A stretch of DNA of 64,000 nt, taken from positions 464,470 through 528,469 of the forward strand of contig NZ_JAAAPJ010000005.1 of the NCBI RefSeq assembly GCF_009909145.1, in the 5' to 3' direction. The stretch comes from Corallococcus silvisoli. Its GTDB lineage: Bacteria; Myxococcota; Myxococcia; Myxococcales; Myxococcaceae. The position numbers and the translations under genes were made by a program. The first letter of the stretch is position 1. Each line of letters starts with the position of its first letter. Positions 36,792-46,401 of the stretch are shown here, in pieces. Under the pieces are notes generated by a model, which had not been told where the DNA came from, ran no database searches, and saw nothing but the letters and a program-made list of their open reading frames with translations.

Positions 36792-37637
36792 TCAGATGTC
36801 GATGTTGACGATGCGCCGGATGATGAGGATGCCCATGATCTCCATGATGGCGATGATGGTCACCAGGATGTAGCCGAAGATGTGGTTCATCATCGGCTCC
36901 ATCAGGTCCGGACGCATGTAGTTGAGGACCAGGCCCAGCACCGCAGGCATGGCCGCGACGATCCACCCTTGAAGCTTGCCCTGGGACGTCAGCGCGTCGA
37001 TCTTGCCTTCCAGACGGAAGCGCTCGCGGATCACCGTGGAGATGGTCTCGAACATCTCCGCCATGTTGCCGCCCAGCTGGCGCGCGATGTTGGTGGACAC
37101 CACCACCAGCTCCAGGTCATCGCTGCCCACCCGGCGGCCCATGTTGACGAGCGCCTCTTCCAGGGGAACGCCCAGCTTCACTTCCTTCACGAAGAGGCCG
37201 AACTCCTGTGACAGGGGCGGCATCGCCTCGCGCGCCACGTGCTCGATGGCCTGCGGGAACGTGAGACCCGCCTTGAACGCGTTGGCCATGGCCTGCAGCG
37301 CGTCCACCAACTGCACGTTGAACTTCTTGATGCGGCGCGTGCGGTAGTGCTTCACGAGCAGCATCGGCAGGAAGAAACCGAAGATGGTCGCCAGCACCGC
37401 CAGGATGGGGTTGAAGACGATGTAGCTGAGGATGCCCAGGAGGCACATGCACGCGATGTTGAGGATCAACATCTGCCGCGCGTCGATGAAGAGGAACATG
37501 TCGCTCAAGTCGTTCATCGACTTGGCGACGTAGCGCTCCTGGTACTGCTCATACGCCTTCGACAGGACGCTGAAGATCACCAGGCTGAAGAAGAACACCG
37601 AGCCGGTGACGAGAAGGAGGACGATACCTGCGAGCAT
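36792..37637 (-). CDS. tadB: Tad/Flp pilus assembly inner-membrane platform protein TadB (T2SSF domain)
   Basis: T2SSF domain (LVDALQAMANAFKAGLTFPQAIEHVAREAMPPLSQEFGLFVKEVKLGVPLEEALVNMGRRVGSDDLELVV) with N- and C-terminal TM helices. 281 aa, 13 nt upstream of tadC. Confidence 0.85.
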   Translation of the reverse strand: MLAGIVLLLVTGSVFFFSLVIFSVLSKAYEQYQERYVAKSMNDLSDMFLFIDARQMLILNIACMCLLGILSYIVFNPILAVLATIFGFFLPMLLVKHYRTRRIKKFNVQLVDALQAMANAFKAGLTFPQAIEHVAREAMPPLSQEFGLFVKEVKLGVPLEEALVNMGRRVGSDDLELVVVSTNIARQLGGNMAEMFETISTVIRERFRLEGKIDALTSQGKLQGWIVAAMPAVLGLVLNYMRPDLMEPMMNHIFGYILVTIIAIMEIMGILIIRRIVNIDI

Positions 37638-37715
37638 GGGCGCGAATCCCCGGGGGAAGAGGGAGGGGTCGGCGGGGCCGCTTCACCCGTGAGGGAAGCG
37701 GCCCCACGCGGCGGA

Positions 37716-38531
37716 CTACGGCGAGCCAGCCGCCGACTTGTCGCTGCCGCCACCCTTGATGATCTGGATGATCTCCCGGCGCTTCTGCTCCAGCACGCGG
37801 GTGCGCTCGCCGGACAGCAGCGTGCTGATGGTCGCGCGGCCGCGCTCCTCGATGAGGTCCACGTCGTCCTCGTTGCGCAGCGACAGGGTCAGCTGTCCGA
37901 GCTCCGCCGCCAGCACCAGGATCTCCGCCTCTTCCGGCAGCACCATCAGCGACACGTTGTTGTAGTCGCGCTGGTTCTCCGGGATGAGGTTGATGTTCGT
38001 GGTGCCGGTGATCTTGCCCGTGGCGACCACGATGATGTTCTGCAGCAGCGTCACCGCGACGCTCTCATCCGTCTGCGGATCGCGGAACGTGCCGATGATG
38101 TCCACGTGGTCGTTGGGACGGATCCACCCGCCCACGGCCGTGGTCAGCTTCGCCTCGATGGTGATGGCGCGCGCCTTCTTCTGCACCTTCGTCGACAGGC
38201 GCTCGGCGGCCTTCGTCGTCTCGAACTGGCTCCAGAGGATGGGGTCGCCGGCCTGCAGCGCCACGAGCACCTTCTGGTTCACGATGTAGTTGGCGGAGTC
38301 CGGCTTCACCACCGACGAGGTGACGAACTGCTCCGGCACGGAGCGCTGGGAGATCATCTCGTACGTGATGACCGACCCCTCGGGCATGTCCTGGCCCGCC
38401 ACCACCACGGGCACCAGGTTCCACCCGCGACGCACATCCGATTCCTTCTTCTTGATGGCCGAGTAGGCCACGATGCCGGCGAGCAAACCGAGCACCAGCG
38501 CGACGACGAGCGGGGTCTTACCCTTCAACAT
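37716..38531 (-). CDS. cpaB: Flp pilus assembly protein CpaB/RcpC (SAF domain)
   Basis: N-terminal TM anchor LVVALVLGLLAGIVAYSAI, then a SAF-like and RcpC beta region (VPVVVAGQDMPEGSVITYEMI...). 271 aa. RBS GGAGGA located 7 nt upstream. Confidence 0.85.
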   Translation of the reverse strand: MLKGKTPLVVALVLGLLAGIVAYSAIKKKESDVRRGWNLVPVVVAGQDMPEGSVITYEMISQRSVPEQFVTSSVVKPDSANYIVNQKVLVALQAGDPILWSQFETTKAAERLSTKVQKKARAITIEAKLTTAVGGWIRPNDHVDIIGTFRDPQTDESVAVTLLQNIIVVATGKITGTTNINLIPENQRDYNNVSLMVLPEEAEILVLAAELGQLTLSLRNEDDVDLIEERGRATISTLLSGERTRVLEQKRREIIQIIKGGGSDKSAAGSP

Positions 38532-38614
38532 GGTTCAAGGTCCTCCAGAACGGTGGGGCGCCGTCGTGGCGGCAGGACTGCTTTGGACGAGGGGGCAATG
38601 CCAGGGCGCGAACG

Positions 38615-38672
38615 AGTGAAGATGTTAGCCATGCCCCAGAGCAGGTGTCAAAACCACCTCTCGTGACAAAGC
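38615..38672 (-). promoter_or_regulatory. Candidate promoter/operator upstream of cpaB: TTGACA-like -35 inside a TGTCA-N13-TGACA inverted repeat, with a TAACAT -10-like hexamer 18 nt downstream
   Basis: The minus-strand sequence reads CTTTGTCACGAGAGGTGGTTTTGACACCTGCTCTGGGGCATGGCTAACATCTTC. It lies in the only sizeable non-coding gap (about 230 nt) inside the Tad block, between the pilin and cpaB. Confidence 0.25.
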
Positions 38673-38760
38673 GGAATCCCTGGACGCCTGGGAGGCCGCG
38701 GCGCCTGTCCACCCCCGGGGGGACGGCGCGAAACGCGGCCGGATCCATGGCCTCCGTCCC

Positions 38761-39063
38761 TCAGGGGAACGGCAGGTTCAGCACGAAGTAGAACGAGTCG
38801 TAATAAATCTGGTACGCCTCGAGGAAGAGGTCGATGACGTTGGTCTGCTTGTCCTCGCTCCAGCGGACCTTCACCGTGGCGCCGACGACGAGCGCGACGA
38901 TCAACACCCAGTTGATCATCGAGTACTCCACCATCGCCTGGCCACGGCGGGCCCTGCGCGGGGAGCGCTTCGACGACTTCCGGGGAGTGTTCACGGGGGG
39001 ATGATCCACGTCCGGCCTCATGGTCGCATCATCCACGGCCCGGGGGAGCGCCGCATCGGTCAT
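38761..39063 (-). CDS. Flp-type (type IVc/Tad) prepilin with unusually long basic leader
   Basis: The prepilin peptidase motif is G/XXXXEY in RRARRG-QAMVEYSMINWVLIVALVVGATV, with E at +5 and Y at +6, followed by a hydrophobic helix. The mature part of about 59 aa (…KVRWSEDKQTNVIDLFLEAYQIYYDSFYFVLNLPFP) is pilin-sized. The leader is 27-41 aa depending on start (MTDAALP or MRPDVDH). Confidence 0.6.
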   Translation of the reverse strand: MTDAALPRAVDDATMRPDVDHPPVNTPRKSSKRSPRRARRGQAMVEYSMINWVLIVALVVGATVKVRWSEDKQTNVIDLFLEAYQIYYDSFYFVLNLPFP

Positions 39064-39101
39064 GTGGACCGTCGCCGGAGAAAGCGCGGCGGCCCCCTCC
39101 C

Positions 39102-40547
39102 CTATTCCGTGGGCGCCGGGGCGCTGGCGGGCAGCTTCGTGCTGGCGGCGGGCGCCATGATGGGCGCGGCCTTGCGCATGCGGCGCTGGGCCATCTGGGC
39201 GGCGCCGGACTCGGGGGCTTCGTGGACGACCTGGGCGCAGACGACCGCGGCGGCGTCGCTCTGGCCCTGAGCGGACTCCGAGTCACACAGCCGCGAGAGC
39301 AGGTCCAGCCGCTCACCGCCACTGGGTCCGGCCGCGAGCGCGGCGCGCAGCAGCTGGGCCTCCCGGACGCGATCTCCCTGGCTCGCGGCGGCTTGCGCCT
39401 GACGGGCCAGCTCGCGCGACGTCATCGCTCCGGCCGGGGGCTGCTTCTCCATGGGCTTGGGCTTCGCGGCCTCCGCGCGTGCCGATTCCTTCACCGGTTC
39501 GGCGACCGCGCGGGCCGGGCCCGGGGCCAGCTTCGAGGCGCTGACCGCGCCGGTGGCGGAAGGCGTCGCGGGCGCGGCCTGCGCCATGGGCGCCGAGGCC
39601 ACCGGCGCCGGAGGCGGCGGCGACGCGGCCTCTCCCATGGCGGCATCGTCGGACGCGAGCCCGCGCCCGTAGGACGCACCGCCCAGCCGCAGTGAGTCGC
39701 GCTTCGCGACCTGGGCCTTGTCCGTGCCTCCCCCTGCCTGGTCGAACGCGGAGTCCGAGGTGGAGCGTGCGTCCTTCCCGCCATACACGGCGCCGGCCGC
39801 CTCTTCCTTCGGGGCCTGTGCCGGCTCGAGCGCCGCGAACTCGCCGTCCGCGTCCTGGGCCTTGGACAGCTTCTTCGTGGGCGCGGGCCCCTCGCGTCGG
39901 CGCTCCAGCATCGCGCCTCCACCGCCCGCGTTCATCCAATCCGACGGACGGCCCGCGGCATTGCCCTTGAGCTGCGCATCCGCCTGATTCCGTGCGGGCG
40001 CGTCTTTCAGCGCCTCGGAGGCCGGAGCCGCCGCCAGCAGGTCATCGCTCCGCGGGGTGTAACTCCTCCCCATCGGCGCGGGCGCGGAGGCGGGCGCGGA
40101 CTTCGGCTCGCGCTTGCCCAGCGTGCGGGTCTCATCCTCCGCCGGGGCCCTCGCGGGGCTCGCGGTCTTCTGCGCCAGGTTCGGCTCCAGGTGGAGGCCC
40201 TCGTTGACCTCCAGCGACAGGATGCCGAAGGTGCTCACCGTGGCCAGGCCCACCGCGGGCAAGAGCCAGCGGCGCCAGCGCGAGGGCTTCGGCTCCGGCC
40301 CCGCGGAGGCGCGGCGCGCGGACTGCTGGGCGTACGCGAGCAGCGACTCCAGGCCCGCGTCCGGCGCGGGTTCGGTCGACAGCTGCGCCATGGTGGTGCG
40401 CACGCCGCGGATGTCCGCCAGCGCCTTGGAACAGCGCACACAGCCCTGGACGTGCTGCTCCAACGCCTGGGCCTCCGTCGCCGGAAGCTCGCCGTAGGCG
40501 AAGTCGAGGAGCCGGTCCTCGTGCGCGTGAGCATTCTGGGCACTCAT
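39102..40547 (-). CDS. Anti-sigma factor (zf-HC2 type), single-pass membrane protein with long low-complexity periplasmic region
   Basis: Start MSAQNAHAHEDRLLDFAYGELP. Zinc-finger anti-sigma motif HVQGCVRCSKALADI (H-x3-C-x2-C). TM segment WLLPAVGLATVSTFGILSL. The start overlaps the stop of the upstream ECF sigma gene (ATGA). The 155-aa N-terminal extension in the ORF track is rejected. Confidence 0.7.
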   Translation of the reverse strand: MSAQNAHAHEDRLLDFAYGELPATEAQALEQHVQGCVRCSKALADIRGVRTTMAQLSTEPAPDAGLESLLAYAQQSARRASAGPEPKPSRWRRWLLPAVGLATVSTFGILSLEVNEGLHLEPNLAQKTASPARAPAEDETRTLGKREPKSAPASAPAPMGRSYTPRSDDLLAAAPASEALKDAPARNQADAQLKGNAAGRPSDWMNAGGGGAMLERRREGPAPTKKLSKAQDADGEFAALEPAQAPKEEAAGAVYGGKDARSTSDSAFDQAGGGTDKAQVAKRDSLRLGGASYGRGLASDDAAMGEAASPPPPAPVASAPMAQAAPATPSATGAVSASKLAPGPARAVAEPVKESARAEAAKPKPMEKQPPAGAMTSRELARQAQAAASQGDRVREAQLLRAALAAGPSGGERLDLLSRLCDSESAQGQSDAAAVVCAQVVHEAPESGAAQMAQRRMRKAAPIMAPAASTKLPASAPAPTE

Positions 40548-41191
40548 CCCGCCACCGTCCTTCCATCCTCCGACAGGTCGCCATCCACACCCAGCTCGCC
40601 CAGGCGGCGGCGCAAGCCCTCCAGCGCGTAACGCATCCGGCTCTTCACCGTGTTTTCGGACACGCCCGTCACCTCGGCGATCTCCTTGAACGGGATGCCG
40701 CTGTACTCCCGCAGCACGAACACCTCGCGCTGCTCCTCCGGCAGCCCCGCGAGGGCCCGCTCCAGCAGGGGCCGCAGGCGCGCGTTGTGCGCGCCGCGCT
40801 CCGGACTGGCACCGGCGTCCGGCAGCCCCTCGCCCAACGGACGTCCCTCGTCCCCGTCCGCACCGGCCGCGGGGGCCTCCAGGGACGTCGCCTGGCGGTA
40901 GCTCTCTTTGCGCGTGCTGTCCACGCAGAGGTTCCTCGCGATGGTGTACAGCCAGGTCGTGAACCGGGCCTTCGGCGCGTATTCCCGGGCACTGCGGACC
41001 ACCTTGAGCCACGTCTCCTGCAGCACGTCCTCCGCCCGCGCCCGGTGCCCGACGAAGCGCAGGATGAAGTTGAACACCGGCGCGCGGTGCTTTCGCACCA
41101 GCGCCTCGAACGCACGCGCGTCTCCCGCCTGGAAGGCGAGCATCAGATGCTCGTCTGAGGTTTCGGGTGCCAAACTTCCCCCAGTGCCCAT
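40544..41191 (-). CDS. ECF-type RNA polymerase sigma-70 factor
   Basis: Sigma70 region 2 (FEALVRKHRAPVFNFILRFVGHRARAEDVLQETWLKVVRS...FTTWLYTIARNLCVDSTR) and region 4 (LPEEQREVFVLREYSGIPFKEIAEVTGVSENTVKSRMRYALEGLRRRL). The start is ambiguous (41191 or 41224). Confidence 0.8.
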   Translation of the reverse strand: MGTGGSLAPETSDEHLMLAFQAGDARAFEALVRKHRAPVFNFILRFVGHRARAEDVLQETWLKVVRSAREYAPKARFTTWLYTIARNLCVDSTRKESYRQATSLEAPAAGADGDEGRPLGEGLPDAGASPERGAHNARLRPLLERALAGLPEEQREVFVLREYSGIPFKEIAEVTGVSENTVKSRMRYALEGLRRRLGELGVDGDLSEDGRTVAG

Positions 41192-41255
41192 GAAGCCACG
41201 GGTGCCATCCCCTTCGCCGCCCACCGCCTGTAACGGACAGCCGTGCGCGAAAGGT

Positions 41256-41669
41256 CTATTCCGGCCGTGGCCGCCGGTAAGTGGCGAGAATGACAGGGAC
41301 CGCCACCCCTGTCACCAGAAGTGCCTGCGCCAACAGCACCGCGGGGAGCGGGTGCTGCACGTGGACATGCAGCGAGCGGCCAAGCCCCGCCCCCAATAGG
41401 ACGCCCGTCAGCGTGCGCACCGCGTTGGAACCCGACGCGGGCCGGAACCGCCCCACCGCCCAGTCCAGCAGCGCGGGCAGCGTGAGGCCCAGTCCCACCG
41501 GGACCTCCCACGACCACTGGAGCGGCGCCTTCAGCGCGAACAGCCCCAGGAAGACGGCGGCGAGCACCGGGTACGTGCCCAGGCATCGCGCGCACACGCG
41601 CACGCCCGCGAGCACATAGGTGCGGTTGTATTCATCCGGGTGATGATGGCTGAGCCAGAACACCGGCAC
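41256..41669 (-). CDS. DUF2085-like small membrane protein (CxxC, 3-4 TM)
   Basis: [44 protein letters not shown] matches the DUF2085 pattern of conserved H-rich segment, C-x-R-C and TM helices. The start is uncertain (GTG near 41669). The ORF-track N-terminus overlaps the upstream ABC gene and is rejected. Confidence 0.45.
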   Translation of the reverse strand: MPVFWLSHHHPDEYNRTYVLAGVRVCARCLGTYPVLAAVFLGLFALKAPLQWSWEVPVGLGLTLPALLDWAVGRFRPASGSNAVRTLTGVLLGAGLGRSLHVHVQHPLPAVLLAQALLVTGVAVPVILATYRRPRPE

Positions 41670-42683
41670 CTCCTCCGGACGCGGAGACAGTGGGGGTTTC
41701 CCACGCGGGACGGGCGTCCCCCTCCGCCAGGAAGCACGCCGCGGCGTGGCCTCCCCCCAGCGGGTACAGCGGGGGCGACTCGCGCCGGCAGCGCTCCATC
41801 GCGTGGGGACAGCGTGGGTGGAACGCACAGCCGGCGGGCGGAGACAGCGGCGAGGGCGGCTCCCCCGGCAGCAACAGCCGGGCGCGAGGCCGCTCCGGAT
41901 CCGGCACCGGCACCGCGGACAACAGGGCCTGCGTGTACGGGTGGCGCGGCCCGGAGTACAGCGCGCGCGACGGCGCCACCTCCACGATGCGGCCCAGGTA
42001 CATCACCGCCACGCGCGTGGACACGTACTCCACGATCTTCAGGTCGTGCGCGATGAAGACGTAGGTGAGGCCGCGCTCGCGCTGCAGGTCCACCAGCAGG
42101 TTGACGATCTGCGCCTGGATGGAGACGTCCAGCGCGCTGATGGGCTCGTCCGCCACCACCAGCTCCGGGCGCAACGCGATGGCACGTGCAATGCCGATGC
42201 GCTGGCGCTGGCCCCCGGAGAACTCGTGCGGGTAGCGGTGCCGCGCCTCGCGGGGCAGGCCCATGGCGTCCAGGAGCGCCAGCACCTCGTCCTCGCGTGC
42301 CCGGCCCTTCGCGAGCCCGTGGATGGCGAAGGGCTCCGCGAGGATGTCCCCCACCGTCATGCGCGGGTTGAGGGACGCGTACGGATCCTGGAAGACCAGC
42401 TGCATGCGGCGGCGCAGCGGCCGCAGCTCGCGCTGCGACAGGCCGGTCAGCTCGCGCCCCTCCACGCGGATGGAGCCGGACGTCGGGTCGATGAGGCGCA
42501 GGAGCGCGCGCCCCAGGGTGCTCTTGCCGCAGCCGCTCTCCCCCACCAGGCCCAGCGTCTCACCCCGGGCGACCTCGAAGGACACGCCGTCCACCGCGCG
42601 CACCGTGCCGCGCGTGCGCCCCAGGAAGCCGCCCCGCACCGGGAAGTGCACCTTCAGGTCGCGCACCTGGACCAGCGGCTCGC

Positions 42684-42687
<4 letters not shown>
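41632..42687 (-). CDS. Oligopeptide/dipeptide-type ABC transporter ATP-binding protein (DppF/OppF-like), no cognate permease or binding protein nearby
   Basis: Walker [19 protein letters not shown], signature [14 protein letters not shown] and Walker [14 protein letters not shown]-terminal oligopeptide-ABC extension with Cys/His motifs ([13 protein letters not shown]). Start [13 protein letters not shown] overlaps the upstream gene stop (ATGA). Confidence 0.8.
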
Positions 42688-43702
<1,015 letters not shown>

Positions 43703-43706
<4 letters not shown>

Positions 43707-44704
43707 TTCTGGGCCAGCTCCTCCAGGAACTCCGCCTCCTGGATGAGCCCCTTGCGGATGAGCAGGCGGATGAGGCTCGCGACCATGCGCGCGGGCTTCA
43801 CCTTCTCCGTGTCCAGGCTGGCCTCCTCGCCGCGAGAGATGCGGTCGATGTCGTCCAGCACCGCCAGGTCCTCCTCGGAGAAGTCCGGCTTGGGCGTGAG
43901 CGCCACCGACGGCTTCACGCCCTGCGCGGCGCCGCCGAAGAGCACCACCGGCACGCGCGGCTTGTTGGGATCCGCGTCCGCCTCCGAGGGCGGCGGCGGC
44001 GGCGGGGGCGGAGGCCTCGCGGCGGCGGGGGGCGGCGGGGGCCTGGCGGCGGGCCGGGGCTTGGAGCCCAGGATGTCCTCCAGCACCTCCGCGCCGTCCG
44101 CGGAGGACTCGTGGGGCGGCGGCGGGGGCAGGTCCCAGTCCAGAGGCGGAGGCGCGGGCGGGCGCGCCGACGAGGGACGCGCGGCGGCGGGCGCCGGCGT
44201 CGACGGCAGGATGTCCGGCGAATCGTCCTCGTCCATGTCCATCGGTTCTGCCTCCACGATGTCCAGGGGCTCTCCCCGGCCGCGCGCGAGCGCCTGCTCC
44301 AGGTCGTCTGGAGCGGCGACAAAGACCTTGAGCTGCTTGCGCAGTTGGAAGCGCAGCTGGTCCACCAGGTTCAGGTTGCCCGGGTCCTCCACCGCCACGT
44401 GGAGCTTCTCGCTGCGGCCGTCCTGCTCCAGCGCGAAGAGCAGCACGCGCTGCTCGGTCTGGAAGTCCATGGACACCAGCGAGGACACCGCGTGCGGGAT
44501 GTACTCGGGGATCTCCACGAAGGGCAGCTCGTGCTGCGCCGCCAGCGCCCGCGCGATGTCCCGGCCGGTGCACAGGCCCATGGACACCAGCACCTCGCCC
44601 AGCTTGCGGCCCTGGCCGCGCCGTCCGGAGGCCAATGCCTGCTTCACCTGCTCGTCCGTGACCACGCCCGCCTGGACGAGGAGTTCACCAATCTTCTTGC
44701 GCAT
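43703..44704 (-). CDS. GspE N-terminal (T2SSE_N / MshEN-like) domain protein with long Pro-rich tail
   Basis: [63 protein letters not shown] is the canonical T2SSE_N helical hairpin found at the N-terminus of GspE/MshE ATPases. No ATPase domain follows, only a P/A-rich low-complexity region of about 120 aa and a short C-terminal helix. Confidence 0.65.
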
Positions 44705-44713
44705 GGCCGGGGG

Positions 44714-45469
44714 CTACCGCTTGACCTTGGCGAGGTATTCCTCGCGGGAAAAAACGCCCTTCTCGATGAGCAGCTCCACCATGGCCTTGAGCGCCGCGAC
44801 CTCCTTGCGCTGCACGTCCTCCACGCTCTTGAGCAGCTCCGCGGGACTTCCGGAGGCCGCCGCGCGAGGCGCCTCCGCGGGAGGCGGCGGACGGGCCGGC
44901 GCGGGGGCGGGACGGGCGGGCGCGGACGCAGCGACCGCGGCGGCCGGGTCCAGGTCCTTGAGGTTCTTCACGACGGTGCGGCCCTGGGCGTCCACCACCT
45001 TGAAGTTGGTGTCCGCGTCCTCCAATTCCGCCGACTCCTCGTAGAGGCGCGCGAACGCCCGCGCCACGGACGTGCGCCCCGCCACGTTGGCCACGATGCG
45101 GCACTTGGACAGGGCCCGCAGCTCGTCCAGCACCCGCACGTTGAGCGGATCCGACATCGCGACCACCAGCGTCTTGCCGTCGTCGCGCAGCTGCAGGGGC
45201 ACGACAGAGAAGTCGCGCGCCGTCTGCGAGGGAATCTTGGCCTTCACGTGCGGCGGCACCGCCTGCACGGCGTCCAGGTTCACCGCCGGCATGCCGAGCT
45301 GCTTCGACAAGGCGCGCACGAGGATGTCCTCGGAGACGAGGTTCATCCGGACGAGGATCTCGCCCAGCTTCCCGCCCCACTTGGCCTGCTCGGCGAGCGC
45401 CGCCTTGAGCTGGCTCTCCTGCAGGACGTTCGCCTTGATCAGCAGTTCTCCAAGCTTGATCTGTGCCAT
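44714..45469 (-). CDS. GspE N-terminal (T2SSE_N / MshEN-like) domain protein, paralog
   Basis: MAQIKLGELLIKANVLQESQLKAALAEQAKWGGKLGEILVRMNLVSEDILVRALSKQLGMPAV carries the same T2SSE_N signature, followed by a second helical region and a P/A-rich linker. 9 nt upstream of its paralog. Confidence 0.65.
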   Translation of the reverse strand: MAQIKLGELLIKANVLQESQLKAALAEQAKWGGKLGEILVRMNLVSEDILVRALSKQLGMPAVNLDAVQAVPPHVKAKIPSQTARDFSVVPLQLRDDGKTLVVAMSDPLNVRVLDELRALSKCRIVANVAGRTSVARAFARLYEESAELEDADTNFKVVDAQGRTVVKNLKDLDPAAAVAASAPARPAPAPARPPPPAEAPRAAASGSPAELLKSVEDVQRKEVAALKAMVELLIEKGVFSREEYLAKVKR

Positions 45470-45528
45470 GTCGTGCGCGCCATAGTACCCGGTTTGAGCC
45501 GGGGCGCTGCCTTTCGACGCCTGGAAGC

Positions 45529-46359
45529 TCAGGAACCCGGCGCCGGGGGCGGCGGCGACACCGTGTCCCGGCCCCGGACTTCCTGGCCCCGCGCGTCGAC
45601 GTTCACCACCTTCGCCCCCTCGGGTGCCGTCAGCTCGTACAGCGTCAGGTCCGGCCGGCCGTTGAGGCGGATGTCCGTGTAGCGGAGGTCCAGCCGTGTG
45701 TCCGCCGACGCGGCGATGAGGTGGACCTTGTCGGGGAAGAACAGCTCGCCGCGCTGCTGGAAGTCCTCGAACGCCAGGTCGTAGCCCGGCACACCTCGCA
45801 CCTCGCTCTTCACCACGCGCAGGTGTTTGGGATCCACGCGGAGTGTTTGCGTCGCGGGCCCCCGCTGGAGCTTCAGCACATACACGCGGTCCTTCTCATC
45901 CAGCGCCAGGGTCATGGACTCCGGCGGCAGGAGGGGGACCTGCCCGAGCATCACCGCGACCAGCTCCTCGCTCGGCAGGACGACAGGCAGGAAGCGCGAC
46001 ACGTTCTCCGCGCTGGCGGGGCCCTGGAGGTAGACGTTGTCCCGCGCCTGATAGACGCCGAAGCGCGCCCCGTCGGAGACGAGCGAGGCGACCGGGCGGT
46101 TGAAGAAGTCGTAGGTCTCCAGGTGGATGAGCCCTGGACGGGTGATGGAGAGGAAGGTGGAGAGGGTGCCGCTGCCCTGGGGGGAGTCCACGTGCAGCTT
46201 GGCGTCGCCCTCCAGGTTCACCACCTTCGCCTGTCGCTCGCGCACATGCTGGTAGAGCGTCTGGGCATCCTCGATGCGGCCTTCCGGACCGAACTCGAGG
46301 CGTTTGGGGCAGGCCGAACAGAGGAGGGCCAGGAAGATTGCGGCGGCTGCGCGGTTCAT
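45529..46359 (-). CDS. Outer-membrane lipoprotein, LolB/DUF4292-like
   Basis: Signal plus lipobox MNRAAAAIFLALLCSAC. A beta-rich body of about 250 aa with LolB/LppX-like features. The first ATG of the ORF track (46386) is also possible. Confidence 0.55.
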   Translation of the reverse strand: MNRAAAAIFLALLCSACPKRLEFGPEGRIEDAQTLYQHVRERQAKVVNLEGDAKLHVDSPQGSGTLSTFLSITRPGLIHLETYDFFNRPVASLVSDGARFGVYQARDNVYLQGPASAENVSRFLPVVLPSEELVAVMLGQVPLLPPESMTLALDEKDRVYVLKLQRGPATQTLRVDPKHLRVVKSEVRGVPGYDLAFEDFQQRGELFFPDKVHLIAASADTRLDLRYTDIRLNGRPDLTLYELTAPEGAKVVNVDARGQEVRGRDTVSPPPPAPGS

Positions 46360-46401
46360 ATGTCCTAGTGTGAGCCAGGGCCGCATGCCCGGTCATCCAT
46401 C

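Noticed and set aside
38518-38748. 76-aa minus-strand ORF in the cpaB-pilin gap, considered as a possible second pilin
   Set aside because: No class-III signal or G/XXXXEY motif and no hydrophobic helix. It overlaps the cpaB start and is more likely promoter/UTR sequence.
39102-41012. 636-aa extended anti-sigma ORF
   Set aside because: The first 155 aa overlap the sigma-factor gene out of frame. The anti-sigma zf-HC2 motif begins right after the internal ATG that forms the typical ATGA overlap with the sigma stop.
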